Assembly (NCBI GenBank): GCA_003222035.1
Contig: QHUS01000052.1
Span: 6,003-70,002, forward strand
Direction: 5' to 3'
Length of the DNA stretch: 64,000 nt
Origin: Gemmatimonadota bacterium
Lineage (GTDB): Bacteria; Gemmatimonadota; Gemmatimonadetes; Gemmatimonadales; GWC2-71-9
The notes beneath the pieces were generated by a model. That model saw only the letters and a list, made by a program, of their open reading frames with translations. It searched no databases and was not told where the DNA came from. Both the position numbers and the translations under genes were made by a program. This document shows, piece by piece, positions 61,800 to 64,000 of this stretch. Numbering within the stretch: the stretch's first letter is position 1; each line of letters opens with the position of its first letter.

Positions 61800-63020
61800 C
61801 TACTGCACGGTGACCTTGACGCCGCCACGCAGGCGGGCGCCGACGCTGTCCACCACCTGAGTGCCGGGACGCACTCCTTCGCGGATGGCCACGGACGAGC
61901 CCACCTGTCGGCCGACGACGACCGGCACCTCCACCGCCCGGCCCCCCTCGACGACGAAAACCACACTGCGGCCGTTTCGCTCGGACACCGCAGTGCCGGG
62001 GACCACCAGAACCGACTGCGTATCCACGGCAACCCGCGAGGGACGCGGCAGGAAGTGGACCTTGGCGCTCATTTCGGGCAGCACGCGGGCGTCGTACGAG
62101 CGAAACGCGACCTTGACTTGCACCGTGGCCTTCGCGCGGTCCGCGGTCGGCACGATCTTCGCCACGACGCCGGGATACCGCACGTCGGGATACGCATCCA
62201 GCACGATCTCGCACGGCTGGCCCGGGCTGACGGCCTCGAGGTTCGATTCCGCGACGTCGGCCTCGACCTGGAGCGAGCGCAAGTCGGCGATCGTGACCAC
62301 CGCGCTCTTGGAGAAGGCGCTGGCCGCGAGGGGCGCCACCACCTCCCCGACGTCGGCGTTCTTCGTCAGCACCGTGCCATCGAACGGCGCACGGATCACT
62401 GTATTCTCGAGCGCCACTTGCGCCACTTCAACGGCGGCCTCCGCGGTCGCGATACTGGCTTTCACCCGCTGGTAGCGAGCCTCCGCGGCGTCCACACTCG
62501 CCTGCGACGAGGCTCCACTGTCGCTGAGAAACCGCTCCCGCTCGAGCGAGCGCCCGGCATCGTGGAGCTCGGCTCGACTCAGCTGCACGTTGGCCTGGGC
62601 CTGGGCGAGTTGGGCTTTGACGTCGGCGTCCTCGATGCGGGCTATCACCTGGCCGGCCCGCACCCGGTCCCCTTCCGCGACCCCGAGGTAGACGAGCCGG
62701 CCGGTCCCCTTGGAGGCGACCGCGGCCTTGCGTTGAGCAACGACGTAGCCGCTCGCGATGAGCACGGCGCCCGCGCGCATCGGCGACACCATGGTCGCGG
62801 GGGTCAGATGCACGGGCACCGCCGACCCGAGGGCACCGCTCGTGATCAGGACGACGGCCGCGAGAACCAGGATGGCGGCGGCAGGGAGCCCGATCGCGAG
62901 CCACACCCGGGTGCGGCGCCGTGGCGCCGGTCCGGCCGACTCACCGGAGCGATTGATACGCAGCGCGGCAAGGTCCGCGTTTTTCGCTTCCATCGACTTC
63001 AATCCTAACACCCCGGGCAC
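61800..63020 (-). CDS. efflux periplasmic adaptor (HlyD/MacA-type membrane fusion protein)
   Basis: TM anchor, barrel-sandwich and coiled-coil hairpin (IARIEDADVKAQLAQAQANV..AEARYQRVKASIATAEAAVEVAQVALENTVIRAPFDGTV). An alternative start is ATG 62993 (MEAKNADL). Confidence 0.88.
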   Translation of the reverse strand: MPGVLGLKSMEAKNADLAALRINRSGESAGPAPRRRTRVWLAIGLPAAAILVLAAVVLITSGALGSAVPVHLTPATMVSPMRAGAVLIASGYVVAQRKAAVASKGTGRLVYLGVAEGDRVRAGQVIARIEDADVKAQLAQAQANVQLSRAELHDAGRSLERERFLSDSGASSQASVDAAEARYQRVKASIATAEAAVEVAQVALENTVIRAPFDGTVLTKNADVGEVVAPLAASAFSKSAVVTIADLRSLQVEADVAESNLEAVSPGQPCEIVLDAYPDVRYPGVVAKIVPTADRAKATVQVKVAFRSYDARVLPEMSAKVHFLPRPSRVAVDTQSVLVVPGTAVSERNGRSVVFVVEGGRAVEVPVVVGRQVGSSVAIREGVRPGTQVVDSVGARLRGGVKVTVQ

Positions 63021-63063
63021 CCGGCAGCGACGCTAACGCTAACCGGCTATTTATGTCCGAGCG

Positions 63064-64000
63064 TCAGGCGCCGGCGGGTTCGGGCGGCGGGCTCCCCAGC
63101 ACGGGGCCGCGTTGTGCGGGTGCCTTCTCGCGCGCGCCCTCGCCGGACGGCGCCGGCGGTGCCGCGGGCGGTGGGGGGACGGGCGGTAGCGGCTTGCCCG
63201 CGACGACCAGCTCGACGTCTTCGCGATCGAGCGTTTCGCGCTCGAGCAGCGCCGCGGCTAGGCGATCGAGCCCATCGCGATGCTCGAGCACCACGGTCTT
63301 GGCTGTCTCGTACGCATCACCCAGAATGCGCTTCACTTCGGTATCGACGAGCTCCGCCGTCCGCTCCGAGATCTCCCGCCGCTGGACGATCTCACGGCCC
63401 AGGAAGATCTCCGCCTCGCGGTCGCCCACCGCGATCGGCCCGATCGTGTCGCTCATGCCGTACTGCGTCACCATGCGCCGCGCGATGTCCGTGGCATGTT
63501 GGATGTCCTGCGCGGCGCCGGTCGTGACTTTCTCCGGACCGAAGACCAGCTCCTCCGCGACGCGCCCGCCGTAGGCCATGGCGAGGCGCGACAGGATGGA
63601 CTGCTTCGTGTACTTGTGCAGCTCCTCCTCGGGGAGGTACGCCGTGATCCCGAGTGCCCGCCCGCGGGGAATGATCGTGACCTTATGCAGCGGGTCCGAC
63701 CCCGGGAGGTTGAGGGACACGAGCGCGTGTCCCGCCTCGTGATAGGCGATGAGGCGCCGCTCCTCCTCCGACAGGACCCGACTGCGGCGCTCGAGGCCGA
63801 GCATCACCTTGTCCTTGGCGTCCTCGAGGTCCTGCATGTCCACCGCCGCCTTGTTGCGCCGGGCCGCAAGCAAGGCGGCCTCGTTCACGACGTTCGCGAG
63901 CTCGGCGCCCGCGAGGCCGGGTGTGCCGCGCGCGATGCGCTCCAGGTCTACGTTGGAGCCGAGCGGAATCTTGCGCGTGTGCACGCGCAGGATCTGCTCG
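63064..64000 (-). CDS. ftsH: ATP-dependent zinc metalloprotease FtsH, C-terminal part (5' end beyond the right edge)
   Basis: ..RVHTRKIPLG..GTPGLAGAELANVVNEAALLAAR..AYHEAGHALV (HExxH)..VTIIPRGRALG.. The reading frame continues to position 64000. Confidence 0.93.
   Translation of the reverse strand, partial: EQILRVHTRKIPLGSNVDLERIARGTPGLAGAELANVVNEAALLAARRNKAAVDMQDLEDAKDKVMLGLERRSRVLSEEERRLIAYHEAGHALVSLNLPGSDPLHKVTIIPRGRALGITAYLPEEELHKYTKQSILSRLAMAYGGRVAEELVFGPEKVTTGAAQDIQHATDIARRMVTQYGMSDTIGPIAVGDREAEIFLGREIVQRREISERTAELVDTEVKRILGDAYETAKTVVLEHRDGLDRLAAALLERETLDREDVELVVAGKPLPPVPPPPAAPPAPSGEGAREKAPAQRGPVLGSPPPEPAGA

Noticed and set aside
1-64000. Mobile elements, prophage, toxin-antitoxin, restriction-modification or other defence systems, CRISPR-cas, and rRNA.
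   Set aside because: I read all ORF translations of about 60 aa or more on both strands. I found no transposase (DDE), integrase/recombinase, phage structural, Cas, methyltransferase-endonuclease or TA-like signatures, and no rRNA-like sequence.

Overview
High-GC (about 70% by eye) bacterial chromosomal segment. I could not run a taxonomic search; the gene content is consistent with a Gemmatimonadota-like organism. It is densely coding. About 60 protein genes and 2 tRNAs are supported, and every gene except mazG lies on the minus strand. Many neighbouring genes overlap by 1 to 17 nt at stop and start (ATGA, GTGA, TGATG, TAATG), which suggests long translationally coupled operons. From left to right the content is as follows. 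(1) deoB (partial), alr, mazG, rtcB, asnS, recG, ftsY, hisA. (2) A complete dcw cell-division and peptidoglycan cluster, rsmH-ftsL-ftsI-murE-murF-mraY-murD-ftsW-murG-murC-ftsQ-ftsA-ftsZ, followed by an M23 peptidase; murD carries an internal deletion plus frameshift. (3) tRNA-Asp and tRNA-Val bracketing a gene for a secreted TPR protein. (4) A roughly 17.5-kb gene string at 32.1-49.6 kb that mixes a full Che set (cheW x3, cheY, cheA, cheC, cheR, cheD, cheB) with mglA/mglB, two further roadblock/LC7 proteins, two PATAN(DUF4388)-TPR paralogs, large TPR proteins and an unusual protein made of two tandem DnaA-type AAA+ modules. No MCP is present in the window. (5) Housekeeping genes rluD, lspA, dksA-like, ileS, PNP, divIVA, yggS, cdaA, folP, then a MacAB-like ABC efflux set and ftsH (partial). 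The most interesting item is the Che/MglAB/PATAN/tandem-DnaA-like cluster, which may take c-di-GMP input through MshEN-like motifs. Second is a family of intergenic long hairpins built from short tandem repeats (7 to 10 nt units) at four loci. No transposases, integrases, CRISPR arrays or rRNA were seen.
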